Origin: an uncultured Chloroflexia bacterium
GTDB lineage: Bacteria; Chloroflexota; Limnocylindria; Limnocylindrales; CSP1-4
NCBI GenBank assembly: GCA_963748625.1
Contig: CAVVJT010000010.1
Span: forward strand, 352,001-416,000
Length of the DNA stretch: 64,000 nucleotides
Direction: 5' to 3'
The position numbers and the translations under genes were made by a program. Below are positions 1 through 10,355 of this stretch, piece by piece. The notes under the pieces are model-generated. The model made no database searches. It saw only the letters and a program-made list of their open reading frames with translations, and was not told the DNA's origin. How positions within the stretch are numbered: position 1 is the first letter of the stretch; each line of letters starts with the position of its first letter.

Positions 1-47
1 GCTGCGGCTCTCGCCACCTGGCACGGGGAACGACCACGATCGCGTCC

Positions 48-997
48 ATGGCACACGCAGCCATCGCGGCCACGCACCTCTCGAAGTCGTACGGCCGTCG
101 CCTCGGCATCGAGGATGTCTCCTTCGAGGTCACCGAGGGTGAGGCGTTCGGCTTCCTGGGCCCCAACGGCGCCGGCAAGACGACCACGATCCGGCTCCTC
201 ATGGGCCTGTTGCGGCCGACCTCCGGCAGGCGGCACATCCGCGGCCGAGACACCTTCAGAAAGCGGCCGCCATCCACCACGACGTCGCCTATCTCGGCTC
301 CGACCCGGGCTTCCTCGGCGAGTTGACCGGTGCGCAGCAGCTCACCTATCTCGCGGACCTGCGCGGCCTGCCGAAGCGCGCCTGGCAGCCGATGGCCGAG
401 CGTCTTGAGCTCGACCCCGCCGTCCGGATCCACCGCCTGTCCCGCGGCAACCGCCAGAAGATTGGCGTCGTGGCGGCCTTCATGGGCCACGAGCCGATCA
501 TCGTCCTCGACGAGCCGACCTCCGGCCTCGATCCCCTCCTCCAGCGCGTGTTCCTCGCCCTCCTCGCGGAGGTCCGGGCGGAGGGCCGCACCGTCTTCCT
601 CTCATCGCACAACCTCGTCGAGGTCGAGCGGTCCTGCGATCGGGTCGCCATGATCCGCGAGGGGCGCCTGGCCGAGGTCCGCAGCGTCGGCCAGCTCCTG
701 GGTGCCCACTGGCGCTCGATCAACCTCGTGCTCGAGGAGCCGGCGGCACCGGACGCGTTCGACCTGCCCGATGTCGAGGTGGCTGCGATGACCGGTCGCG
801 AGGTCCACCTCATGGTCCGCGGCGACATCAACCCGCTCCTCGCCAGGATCAGCGCCCACCGCGTCCTGGACATCGCGATCACGACTCCCGACGTCGAGGA
901 CATCTTCCTGCGCCACTACCGCGACGACGCAGGTGGGCCGGCCGACGATGCGGCCGACCACCCGGCAAACCCCGAGGACGAGGAGGTGCCGGCATGA
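48..997 (+). CDS. ABC-2 type transporter ATP-binding protein (frameshifted around 240-320, probably sequencing error)
   Basis: Walker A GPNGAGKTT in ORF 48-326; signature LSRGNRQK, Walker B IIVLDEPTSGLDP and H-loop SSH in ORF 323-997. Confidence 0.9.
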
Positions 998-1794
998 CCG
1001 CGGCCGACTTCCGCATGGAGCTGCGCCGCAGCCGCAGCCTGACCGCATGGCTCGCGATCCTGCTCGCGGCGTACGGCGGGATCCTGACCCTGATGTACCC
1101 GATCATGGTCGAGAACGACGCCCTGTTCCGGCAGTACATGGAGACCTTCCCGAAGGAGTTCCTGCTCGCCTTCGGCATGACCGGGAGCCTGAGCGATCCA
1201 GGCGTCTTCTTCACCACCTACGTGTCGTCGTGGCTGTGGCCGATCATGGCCGCGATCGCCGCCATCCTCGGGGGCACGCGGGTCGCGGCCGACCTCGACC
1301 GGGGCTTCCTCGACCTCCCTCTTGCAACGCCCCTCTCGCGCACGCGCCACCTCGGCATGTCCATCGCCGGCCAGGCCCTCGTGATGGCGATCCTCGCGGC
1401 GGCCACCGTCGGCTCGATCTGGGCTGGCGGCCTCCTCGTGGACGTCCGCTTCGACGCGGCACGCTTCGCCGCCGCGGGCGTCCTCGCGTGGCTGTTCGGG
1501 TGTGCGCTGGCTGGGGTGGCGACGCTGCTCGCCGTGCTCACCCTGAGTCGCGGCCGGACCGCGGGGATCGTGAGCGGCGTGCTCGTCGCGATGTACCTCG
1601 CCTGGGTCGTTGCACAGATCTCCACGGATTGGGAGTGGCTGCTCGGCTGGTCCGCCTGGGGCCACTTCGACACCACCACGCTGATCGACAAGGGCACGCT
1701 GCCGGCCGGCGACCTGGCGTTGTTCGCCGTCGTCGCACTCCTGGGTTGGGGCGCCGGCGTCGTCGCCTTCCGGCGCCGGGACCTCGCGGCATAG
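994..1794 (+). CDS. ABC-2 transporter permease
   Basis: About 6 hydrophobic segments, DLDRGFLDLPLATPLSR motif, ends FRRRDL; ATGA overlap with the ATPase gene. Confidence 0.88.
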   Translation: MTAADFRMELRRSRSLTAWLAILLAAYGGILTLMYPIMVENDALFRQYMETFPKEFLLAFGMTGSLSDPGVFFTTYVSSWLWPIMAAIAAILGGTRVAADLDRGFLDLPLATPLSRTRHLGMSIAGQALVMAILAAATVGSIWAGGLLVDVRFDAARFAAAGVLAWLFGCALAGVATLLAVLTLSRGRTAGIVSGVLVAMYLAWVVAQISTDWEWLLGWSAWGHFDTTTLIDKGTLPAGDLALFAVVALLGWGAGVVAFRRRDLAA

Positions 1795-1829
1795 CCGAGG
1801 CGCCGGGCTCTCCGTCGACGCTGCTCCAG

Positions 1830-3866
1830 CTAGGCCGGGGAGGAGCGGTCCAGGGCCGCGGCGACGACGGCGAGGATCGCGTCCCCGTACTTGTCGATCC
1901 GGGCCCCACCCATGCCCTTGACACGCCGCAGCGCAGCCAGGGATCGCGGGCGCTCCTCGGCGATGGCCTGCAGCGTCGCGTCGTGGGCGACCACGTACGG
2001 CGGCATGGCGGCCTCGCGGGCCACCTCGGTCCGCCAGGCACGGAGGGCGTCGAACACCGGGTCCCCGGTCGTGCCGCCCTTGGGCGGAAGGACCTGCTTG
2101 GGCGGGCCGGGCAGCTGCGTGATCGTCGTGCCCGGGCGAGGGCGGAGATCCAGCAGGAACCGGCTTGCCTGGCGCCTCATCGCCTTGCCGCGGGTCTCGC
2201 GGCGCTCGGCCCAAGAGAGCGCGAGATGGACCCGGGCCCGCGTGATCCCGACGTACAGCAGGCGGCGCTCCTCCGCGATGGCCTCGGCGTCGTCGGTCGC
2301 CTGGCGGACCGGCAGGAGGCCCTCCTCCAGGCTGGGCAGGAACACGGCATCCCACTCGAGGCCCTTCGCCCGGTGGTAGGTGAGGAGGTTGACACCGTCG
2401 CCGGCGTTCGCCCGCTCGTGGGCCGTACGAGCCTCCAGTTCCGCGATGACACTCCGGGCATCAGGGGCACCGGAGGCGGAGGGCGGGCGGGCGGAGGCGC
2501 CAAGGACGGCATCGATGATGCCGAGCAGGGTGTCGAGCGCGGCCTGGCGCTCCCTGGCCTCGGGTCCGCGATCGCCCTCAGGATCCTCCTCCCAGCCGAC
2601 CTCCTCGGCGAGCCCGCGACGGATGGCGACGGCGAGCTTGAGACCGCTCTCCGTGAGATCCGCGCGACGCAGCCAGGCGATCGCAGCCTTGATCTCCGGG
2701 CGGTCGTAGAACCGTACCCCGCGCACCTGGTACGCGATGCCGGCGCGCGTGAATGCCTCCTCGACCGGCTCGGCCTGGGCGTTCATGCGGACGAGCACCG
2801 CGATCTCCGCCGGGGCGATCCCCTCCTCGATCCGCGCCCGCACCCAGGCCACGAGCGAATCGAGCTCCTGCTCGGCCGAGGCCAGCTTGGCGATCGTGGG
2901 GGCAGGACCGTCACCCCGGGTGGCGACAAGCCGCTTCGACCGGCCGTCAGCCGCGATCAGGCGGTTGGCGAGATCGAGCACCTGCGGCGTCGAGCGGTAG
3001 TTGCGAACCAGGGCAAGCTCGCGTGCGCCCGGCCACCGCTGCGTGAATTCCGCCAGGTAGCGCGACGTGGCACCCGTGAAGGTGTAGATGGTCTGGTCCT
3101 CGTCGCCCACCACGCACAGGTCGCGAGAGTCACCCACCCACAGCTCGAGGAGGCGCTGCTGGAGGGGGCTCGTGTCCTGGTACTCGTCAACGCTGAACCA
3201 GTGCTTGCGCGTACGGACGGTGGCCGCGGCGTCGGCGTCCTGCTCGAGCAGGTCGATCGTGCCGGTGAGGAGGTCGTCGAAGTCGATCCGGTTCGCGCGG
3301 ACCTTCGCCCGCTCGTAGCCGGCGAACACACGGACGAAGAGGTCCATCGGGATCGGCGGCTCGCGATCGCCGCTCTCGGCCACGCGGCGCTCGTAGTCCT
3401 GCGGCGTGATCCTGCGTGACTTCGCCCACTCGATCTCGTCGGCAAGGTCCTTCGACGGCGTGAACCGGTAGTGGCCCGGGAGCTGGCGGACGAGCCTGGA
3501 AATCATGAGCGCCTTCGAATCCAGCAGGCCGGGCATGGGGGCGCCGTCATGGCGGCTGGGCCAGAAGTGCCGCAGCTGGCTCAACGCGTGGGCGTGGAAC
3601 GTGCGCGCCGTGACGCCGGACAGGCCCAGCAGGCGGAGACGCTCCACCATCTCGCCCGCGGCCTTGTCGGTGAAGGTCACCACCAGGACCTGGTCTGCCG
3701 GGACGAAACCGGTCGCGACCGCATACGCCGCCCGACGGCTGATCACGCGGGTCTTGCCGCTGCCGGCGCCGGCGAGGATGGCGAGGGGGCCCTCCGTGGC
3801 GAGCACCGCCTCACGCTGCTCGGGGTCCAGGTCGTGGAGGAGGGTCTCGGGGTCGAAGGTGGGCAC
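1830..3866 (-). CDS. uvrD2: UvrD/Rep family DNA helicase with C-terminal HRDC domain (UvrD2-like)
   Basis: AGAGSGKT, VDEYQD, VGDEDQTIY, NYRST, HRAKGLEW, EERRLLYVGITRAR; HRDC LRAWRTEVAREAAMPPYVV. Confidence 0.92.
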   Translation of the reverse strand: MPTFDPETLLHDLDPEQREAVLATEGPLAILAGAGSGKTRVISRRAAYAVATGFVPADQVLVVTFTDKAAGEMVERLRLLGLSGVTARTFHAHALSQLRHFWPSRHDGAPMPGLLDSKALMISRLVRQLPGHYRFTPSKDLADEIEWAKSRRITPQDYERRVAESGDREPPIPMDLFVRVFAGYERAKVRANRIDFDDLLTGTIDLLEQDADAAATVRTRKHWFSVDEYQDTSPLQQRLLELWVGDSRDLCVVGDEDQTIYTFTGATSRYLAEFTQRWPGARELALVRNYRSTPQVLDLANRLIAADGRSKRLVATRGDGPAPTIAKLASAEQELDSLVAWVRARIEEGIAPAEIAVLVRMNAQAEPVEEAFTRAGIAYQVRGVRFYDRPEIKAAIAWLRRADLTESGLKLAVAIRRGLAEEVGWEEDPEGDRGPEARERQAALDTLLGIIDAVLGASARPPSASGAPDARSVIAELEARTAHERANAGDGVNLLTYHRAKGLEWDAVFLPSLEEGLLPVRQATDDAEAIAEERRLLYVGITRARVHLALSWAERRETRGKAMRRQASRFLLDLRPRPGTTITQLPGPPKQVLPPKGGTTGDPVFDALRAWRTEVAREAAMPPYVVAHDATLQAIAEERPRSLAALRRVKGMGGARIDKYGDAILAVVAAALDRSSPA

Positions 3867-3951
3867 GAACCGAGGCTAGCAGGGTGGATGTATGCGCGAC
3901 TCATCCACTCGTCGACATCCGCCGGGACATAAGCACGACTGCGACGCGGAT

Positions 3952-4512
3952 TCAGCGACCGAGGTTCGCCCAGTAGCTCCGGAAGCGCAGGTCGGACTCG
4001 TGCTCGGCGCGGGCGAGGTCGTCGCGCGCGGAATCGAGCCAGGTGGCCACCATCAGCGTCCACGCCACCACCGCCGGCGGCACCCCGAACACCGCCCAGG
4101 CCGACGCGATCTGCGGGTTGGCATCGCTCAGGTGCGGCCAGAGGAGGATCGTCAGTGCGAGACAGACGGCCGCGGGAACCCAGGCCACCACGATCATGCC
4201 CAGCGATGTCTCGTCGCGGTCAAGCTCCTGTGCCCGCTCCCAGGCCACGTCCCGCTCCTCGAGCGTCGGCCGGCCGCGGATGGCCCGCATCCCGCGCACC
4301 GCGATCGAGTACGCAGCGAGCAGCGTCAGGGCGAGGAACGTTGCCCCGTCGCGTCCGGCGGCATCAGGCTTGGCCGCCACGATCCACACCGCGAGCGCAC
4401 CCGTGGCGCCCACGAGCGCCAGGCCGCGGACCACCAGCCTCGTGAGGGCGTGGCGCACCGGGGCGGCGAGCAGCGAGTGGGGATCAGGGTCCATGCCTGG
4501 GCTTCGGCTCAT
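3952..4512 (-). CDS. Hypothetical membrane protein (about 4 TM)
   Basis: 186-aa ORF with four hydrophobic stretches and GC-rich codon pattern. Confidence 0.65.
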   Translation of the reverse strand: MSRSPGMDPDPHSLLAAPVRHALTRLVVRGLALVGATGALAVWIVAAKPDAAGRDGATFLALTLLAAYSIAVRGMRAIRGRPTLEERDVAWERAQELDRDETSLGMIVVAWVPAAVCLALTILLWPHLSDANPQIASAWAVFGVPPAVVAWTLMVATWLDSARDDLARAEHESDLRFRSYWANLGR

Positions 4513-4514
4513 CG

Positions 4515-4570
4515 GGTGGCGCCCGCCATCGGTCGGAGGTGGCGCCCGCCATCGGCTGGAGGTGGCGCCG
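4515..4570. repeat. 23-bp tandem repeat, about 2.4 copies (ggtggcgcccgccatcggYYgga)
   Basis: Read directly from the sequence. Confidence 0.8.
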
Positions 4571-4701
4571 TTCTTCGAGGACGACTACAGCATGGTGATC
4601 CCACGTGCCGATAGTGCTGTTCTGCCCGGATCGCCGGTGATCACCGCGCCGCGCCGTAGGCGCCCCGGTCCGGGACCACCCCCCTTGCGTCAAGATCAAC
4701 G

Positions 4702-4816
4702 AAACCCCGCAACGGACCCCAGGGGCGGTCGCGTTGCGGGGGTTTGCAGTCTGTGAGGCAGCGCTGACCCGCAAACCGGCCGATTCCGGCCTCGTGGACA
4801 CCCGGTATGCGGGTTT
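4702..4816. other. Intergenic double hairpin (aaaccccgcaacg...cgttgcgggggttt and acccgca...tgcgggt); terminator-like or REP-like
   Basis: Two inverted repeats share the cccgca/tgcggg core. Confidence 0.5.
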
Positions 4817-4888
4817 GCGTTGACTACCACGCAGCACGTCGGGCGCCGGCCGCAGCACGCAGCACGCGGCATCGTCCACGCCAGCCGG

Positions 4889-5875
4889 TCAGTCCGTCGG
4901 GTCCACCACGTACAAACGGCGCAGCGGCGACCGGACCCGTCGGGCACGCATCCCGCGCCCCAGCCCCAGCAGCGCCGCGACCAGCAACAGCGGCCACGCC
5001 ACGTACCCCAACAGCTGGATCGCGACGGAGATCTGCTCCACCAGGGCCGCCTGGTCCGGCAGCGAGCGAAGCCAGACACCGATCGGGCTCAGGACACGCT
5101 GTGCCAGCAGGGCCACGCCACCCAGCGCCCCCAGCACCCACGCGGAAACGGGCACGAGGCGGGCGAATGGACCAGCGATCAGGCGCAGCGCCACCACGAC
5201 GTACAGCGCGATCAGCGCCAGGGACATCGTGAAGCCCGTCAGGTTCAGCCAGCCCACGACCTGTGTCAGGTCGAGGCCGGACACGAGATACGGCCAGTAG
5301 ACGGCGAGCATCCCCCCGACCACGCCCAGCGCGACAACCCCGAGCAGCACCCGTGGTGGGCGCGCGCCCGCGTCGGCAAGCCCGTCGGCGAAGGCCCATG
5401 CGCCCGCAACCGATGCCAGCCCGATACCCAGCGACATGACCGCGAACGCCAGCCCCTCGAGGGTCGAGGGATCGAGCACACCACCGGACCCGGGCGCGAG
5501 CGCCTCGAGCACCCAGGTCTGGACCACGTCGAGCACGACCCGCGCGAAGCTGGCACCGGCAAGCAGCACGGCGCCGCGCAGGAGCCATGGGTTGCGGCGC
5601 GCGATTCCCGGGAAGCCGATCAGCAACGCCGCCGGCATCAGCATCAGCGCGGCATCGGCGAGTGCCCGCGCCAGCTGGCCGGCGATGGCCGTCCACGGCG
5701 CCACCCCGAGCACGCCGCTGTCGAGGAGGGGGCGCAGGTCGACCCACACGATCGCCGCCGCGGCCATGACCGCGAGCCAGCCAACCGGCGTCATGCAGGC
5801 CAGGATCGATGCCAGGCCGCGTGGCTCGGGCCGCTGCCGGCGGACCGCGGTGCCACGGTGGACCAGGCGGGCCAT
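4889..5875 (-). CDS. Hypothetical polytopic membrane protein
   Basis: 328 aa with about 9 hydrophobic helices; start overlaps the stop of the aldo-keto reductase. Confidence 0.7.
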   Translation of the reverse strand: MARLVHRGTAVRRQRPEPRGLASILACMTPVGWLAVMAAAAIVWVDLRPLLDSGVLGVAPWTAIAGQLARALADAALMLMPAALLIGFPGIARRNPWLLRGAVLLAGASFARVVLDVVQTWVLEALAPGSGGVLDPSTLEGLAFAVMSLGIGLASVAGAWAFADGLADAGARPPRVLLGVVALGVVGGMLAVYWPYLVSGLDLTQVVGWLNLTGFTMSLALIALYVVVALRLIAGPFARLVPVSAWVLGALGGVALLAQRVLSPIGVWLRSLPDQAALVEQISVAIQLLGYVAWPLLLVAALLGLGRGMRARRVRSPLRRLYVVDPTD

Positions 5876-6834
5876 CAGCCGCCCTCGGCAGGCGACGTCG
5901 GGATCGAGGAGCCGGACGCAGCGGTTGCGCGGGCCAGCGCCGACAGCCGGGTCATCTCGTCGGCGTCGAGCTCCAGGTCCGCGGCGGCCGCGTTCTCCTC
6001 CAACTGCTCGAGCGTGCGCGCGCCCGGGATTGCGATCGTGTTCGGATGCCCGATGACCCAGGCCAGCGACACCTGCGCGGGTGTCGCCCCGTGGTGCAGG
6101 GCGATCTCGGTGAGCGCCAGCCGCAACTCCGGCGCGACCCCCCGTGAGGCACCCGGGGCGAGCGAGCCGAAGCGCCGCAACCCGGGCTTCGCCATCCCCT
6201 CCGAGGCGGTCAGGAGCCCCTGCGCGAGCGGCGAGTAGGCCACGACCACGCGCCCCATCGCCGCTGCGTGCGGGACCAGGTCGTCGGCGGGACCGGGCGT
6301 GAGCAGGTTGAACCGCACCTGGTTGGCGGTCGCGGGCACGCGGAGCACGGTCTCAGCGTCACGCCACTGCTCCAGCGTGAAGTTGGACACGCCAACGCGC
6401 CTGACCAGCCCCTCGTCAACCAGCGGTCGGACGGCCTGGGCGACACGGCGCGCCGACACGAACGGGTTCTTCCAGTGCACGTAGAGCAGGTCGAGCGACG
6501 TGGCACGCAGGCGTGCGAGCGAGCCACGGACCTGGCGCGCGACGATGGGCTCGGCGGGGGCGATGGGCGTGAACTTCGTGGCCACCGTCAGGTCGTGGCG
6601 CACGTCGGGTGGGACATCGGCGAGGAACCGCCCGATGATCCGCTCGCTGGTGCCGGGGCCGTACGCCTCGGCCGTGTCGATCATCGTGATGCCCAGCTCC
6701 AGCGCCCGGGCCAGCAATGCGGGCGCGGTACCGGACGCATAGTCGGCGCCATACCCCCACTCGCGCGTGCCGAACTGCCAGGTACCGAGACCAACCTTGG
6801 ACAGGCGGAGCCCGTCAACCTCGATGTAGCGCAT
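5875..6834 (-). CDS. Aldo/keto reductase
   Basis: GLGTWQFG, IDTAEAYG, VATK, LDLLYVHW, VGVSNF, AYSPLAQGLL, IPGARTLEQLEEN. Confidence 0.95.
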   Translation of the reverse strand: MRYIEVDGLRLSKVGLGTWQFGTREWGYGADYASGTAPALLARALELGITMIDTAEAYGPGTSERIIGRFLADVPPDVRHDLTVATKFTPIAPAEPIVARQVRGSLARLRATSLDLLYVHWKNPFVSARRVAQAVRPLVDEGLVRRVGVSNFTLEQWRDAETVLRVPATANQVRFNLLTPGPADDLVPHAAAMGRVVVAYSPLAQGLLTASEGMAKPGLRRFGSLAPGASRGVAPELRLALTEIALHHGATPAQVSLAWVIGHPNTIAIPGARTLEQLEENAAAADLELDADEMTRLSALARATAASGSSIPTSPAEGG

Positions 6835-6898
6835 GGTCGGAGTCTACCGACCGCGCCTGTGACAGGCTGTTGACACAGGGCCACGCCAGACTGCCGGC

Positions 6899-7168
6899 AT
6901 GCGATGGCCCTTCCGACGCCCCCAGGAACCCGACGCCCGCCTCCCCCACGCCTGGCCCATGGCGCTGTGGGGCGACCTGGCGTGACGCGCCCTCCGATGA
7001 TGATGTCGCCGCCTGCTCACGCTCGCCTTCGTCTGCAACCAGTGCGGACGGGATGACCTGCCACCGGCGGGCCAGTGGGATCCGCCAATCTGTCTCGAGT
7101 GTGACGCCGCCATCAACTTCGATGCGGAGATCGAGTCCGGGTACTTCGACGAGGAACTGGGCGGGTAG
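6899..7168 (+). CDS. Small CxxC...CxxC zinc-ribbon protein with two compensating indels (absent from the ORF track)
   Basis: MRWPFRRPQEPD... and ...LLTLAFVCNQCGRDDLPPAGQWDPPICLECDAAINFDAEIESGYFDEELGG* are in one frame; the intervening DAPSDDDVAA is in a shifted frame; CAGACT -10-like box 6 nt before the ATG. Confidence 0.55.
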
Positions 7169-7179
7169 CGCCGGGCGTA

Positions 7180-10100
7180 CTACACGGCCGCGTGCTCGGT
7201 GATGCTCGCCACCTCGACGTTGCGACCCAGGAGGACGTCCGCGTTGGCCGGAGCGCGACCTCCGCGTGGCACGTGAGGTAGATCACCTGGCGTTCGGTCG
7301 CGACCTGCTCGATCGTCCGGGCCACGCGCTCGGCGCGCTCCGGGTCGAAGTTCACGAGCACGTCGTCCATGACCAGTGGCAGCGGCTCCTGCTGCGTGGC
7401 GAGGTGCTCGACGAGGGCGAACCGCATCGCGAGGTAGAGCTGCTCGGCCGTGCCGCGCGAGAGGCCCACGAGCGGGACGCTCTTGCCGTCGGAGGCCGAC
7501 ACGACGCCCACGAGGCCGCTCTCGGCGAGGCGGTCGAAGCCGCTGTACTCCTCGCCGGTCCATTCGACGAACAGCGTCTCGGCGCGGGACAGGACCGCCG
7601 GCCGATGCTTGGCCTCATAGGCGGCACGGGTCTGCACCAGCAGCTCGGCCGCCGTCCGGAGCACGAGCCAGCGGCGCGCGTCGGCGCCGAGCGCTCCCTC
7701 CGCGTCGGCCAGTCGCTGGCGGAGGCGCGACGTGTCCGCCTCGCCGATCAGCGCTTCGGCCTGCGTATCAAGGCTGCTCTCCTGGCGGACCAGATCGTCA
7801 CGCTCAGCCGTGATCCGCTCGATCTCACGATCGATCTCGAGCCCGGCGGCCGTGAGTGCGTCGGGATCCATGCCGCGCAGCGCCGCCTCGGTCTCAATCC
7901 GACGATCGGGCGGCACGATTCCCTCGAACGTCTGCTCGGCCTGGGCGAGGGCTGCCTGCGCCGCCACCCGCTTGGTCGTACGCTCGTACCGCGCCGCCAG
8001 CGCGATCGCATCGGCAACACCCGCGTCGGCAAGGAAAGCAGCGTGCACGGCTCGTGCCGTCTCGAGCCGCTCGATGGCCGCGCGCTCCGCGGACAGCGCA
8101 CCGTCGCGCTGGCGGACCAGGTCATTCTGGGTCCGCATGCCGGATCGTGCGACCGCAAGGGCCTGGCGCAGCCGCTCGACGATCGTGCCCTGGTCGTCGT
8201 CGGGTTGCACCGTGACGCCAACGCCTCCAGCGAGCGACCGCAGGCGGGCCTCCCACGCCCGCCGCTCGCGCTCCGTCGACGTCACGCCCGTCCGAAGGCG
8301 GGACTGGTCCACCTGGCCTGACTTGACCGCATCGAGCCGGTTCACGAGGTCGACGGCCCCGTCCCGATCCAGCCCGACCGGGAGGCCGCACGCCGCGAGG
8401 AACGCCTTCCAGCGCTGCAGCCCGGCGGCGACCTCCGTGGCCGCCATCTTCTCCCGCGCCAGCGCATCGCTGAGGGCCGCCTCGGCTGCGGACCGGTCGG
8501 ACGCGGCCCGCTCGGCGTCGCGCATGGCAGCGCGCCGCGCTTCTCCCGTCGCACGGCCGGCAGCCGCGCGCGCGTGGAGCACCTCGAGTCCCGCCTCCGA
8601 GGGGGCGCCGGCCAGGCCGACCTCCGACCAGCGCGCATCGATGGACACCTGGAGGGCGCGCAGCTCCTCCGCCTGGGGATGCCCGCCCGCACGGGCCGCC
8701 GCCGGCGCACCGCGGTCGCGGGACGAACGTCGACCCACGACCGCCATGCCCACGCCGAGCGCAAGGCCCGCGCCGAGAACCACAAGGCCCACCAGGGTGA
8801 AGCCGAGCACGACGAGCACCCCGCCGATGCCCAGGCCGGCAACACCCGCAGCGATCGCCGGGACGAGCCCGCGGCCCGCCGTCGGCGCGACAGCATCCGG
8901 GACACCGGATGGCTCGCGCACCGGCGTGCCACGTTCCTCCATGGGCGACAGGGGTGTCGCGGCGATGGCGTCCGCCAGGGTCGCCGCCCGAGCGATGTCG
9001 ACCGACAGCGCCCTCGCGCACCGCTCCAGCTCGTCGGGATCAACAACATCGACCGCCGCACGACCTGCTCCATCCGCGTCCTGGCCGGCGACGCCCGCCA
9101 CTCGTACTGCCGCCTCGCCCGCGTCCGCCGCGGCTTGTCGTGTCCGCACCTCGGCCTCGGCGCGCGTCCTGGTCGACGTCGCGAGCGCGAGCACCCGCTC
9201 CGGCTCCACGAGGTCGTCGCGGGCATGGGTCGCGATCTCCGTCCGCAGCGCCGTCGCGTCCATCCCCGCGAGCTCAGCCTCGTCCCAGCCCGCCTCGTCA
9301 AGCACCGCCTGCACCAGGGCCTTCGTGCTCGTCATCCGAGTGCGGTCATTGAGGAGCGCCCTGTCGCGCTCCTGCCAGCGCTGCCACTGCGCGTACGCCT
9401 CGTCAACCTCGGAGGCACGCTCGATCAGCTCGCCCTCGTAGCGAGCCGCCCCGAGCTCGTCGTCGAGCGCCGTCCGCCGGAGGCGCTCAGCCTGCTCCGA
9501 GGCGATCTCCATCGCAACGACCTGGGCCAGGGCAGCCTCCCGGGCGAGGTCGTCGGCCGATACCGGAGGCTCCTCCGGCAGCCCGGCGAGCCGTGCCCGC
9601 GACTCGGCGACGGCGAGCCACGCTGCTCGCGACCTGGCCTGCAGGTTCACGTCACCCCTGCGGTGGACGAGCGTTGCGAGGTCCGCGTCAAGACGAGCAC
9701 GCGCTGCCGCCACCGATGCCGCCCTAGCCGCAATTCCCGCGTACTCGGCCGGGAGATTGCGCGTGGCCAGTTGCGCCCGCAGGCCGTTGATCTCCGCAAG
9801 CCGGACATTCACAGCCGGGTTCGTCCCGCGCACCTTCCAGAGGCGGTCCAGGTCCGCAGCGATCCCCTGCTCGACCTTGAGGATGTCGCCGATCACGCCG
9901 ATCGAGGCGCCGTAGATGCGGTTGGCGACCCCTTCGTCCGTGAGGCGCCGCAAGTCGTGGAGCTCATCCTGCCCGAACGCGAAGAGGCTGGCGAACACGC
10001 CTGGCGTCACGCCACCCGTGATCGTGATCCGCTTCTGCTCGTCGGTGCCATCCGCGCCCGAGAGCACCACCTCGAGACGCTGCTCGCCGCTCGTGGACTC

Positions 10101-10352
10101 ATGGCCGTGGCGGCGGATCGTGAACACCCGCCCGTCCTCGAGCCGGCCGTGGAGGTCACCGCCCCGGCTCCCGCCCCGGACGAGCGGGAACACGTCCTTC
10201 CGGAATCCGAACAGGATCGCGTGGAGGAACTGGTGCAGCGTCGTCTTGCCCGTGCCATTGCGGCCGCGGACAAGCGTGAGCCCGGGTCCCAGCGGGATAT
10301 CGCTGTCAACGGCTCGCCCAAAGCCGTCGATGTGGACACGGTCGATGCGCAC
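7180..10352 (-). CDS. yhaN: YhaN-family (AAA_27) Rad50/SbcC-like ATPase with long coiled coil (frameshift near the 3' end)
   Basis: MRIDRVHIDGFG, GRNGTGKTT, LSRGTAEQLYLAMR, LVMDDVLVNFDPER, QVIYLTCH; internal TM hairpin typical of YhaN. Confidence 0.88.
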
Positions 10353-10355
10353 CTC

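Noticed and set aside
6983-7003. Selenocysteine or TGA recoding in the small CxxC gene
   Set aside because: A shifted frame reads sensibly across the TGA codons (DAPSDDDVAA), and TGA is the normal stop elsewhere in the window
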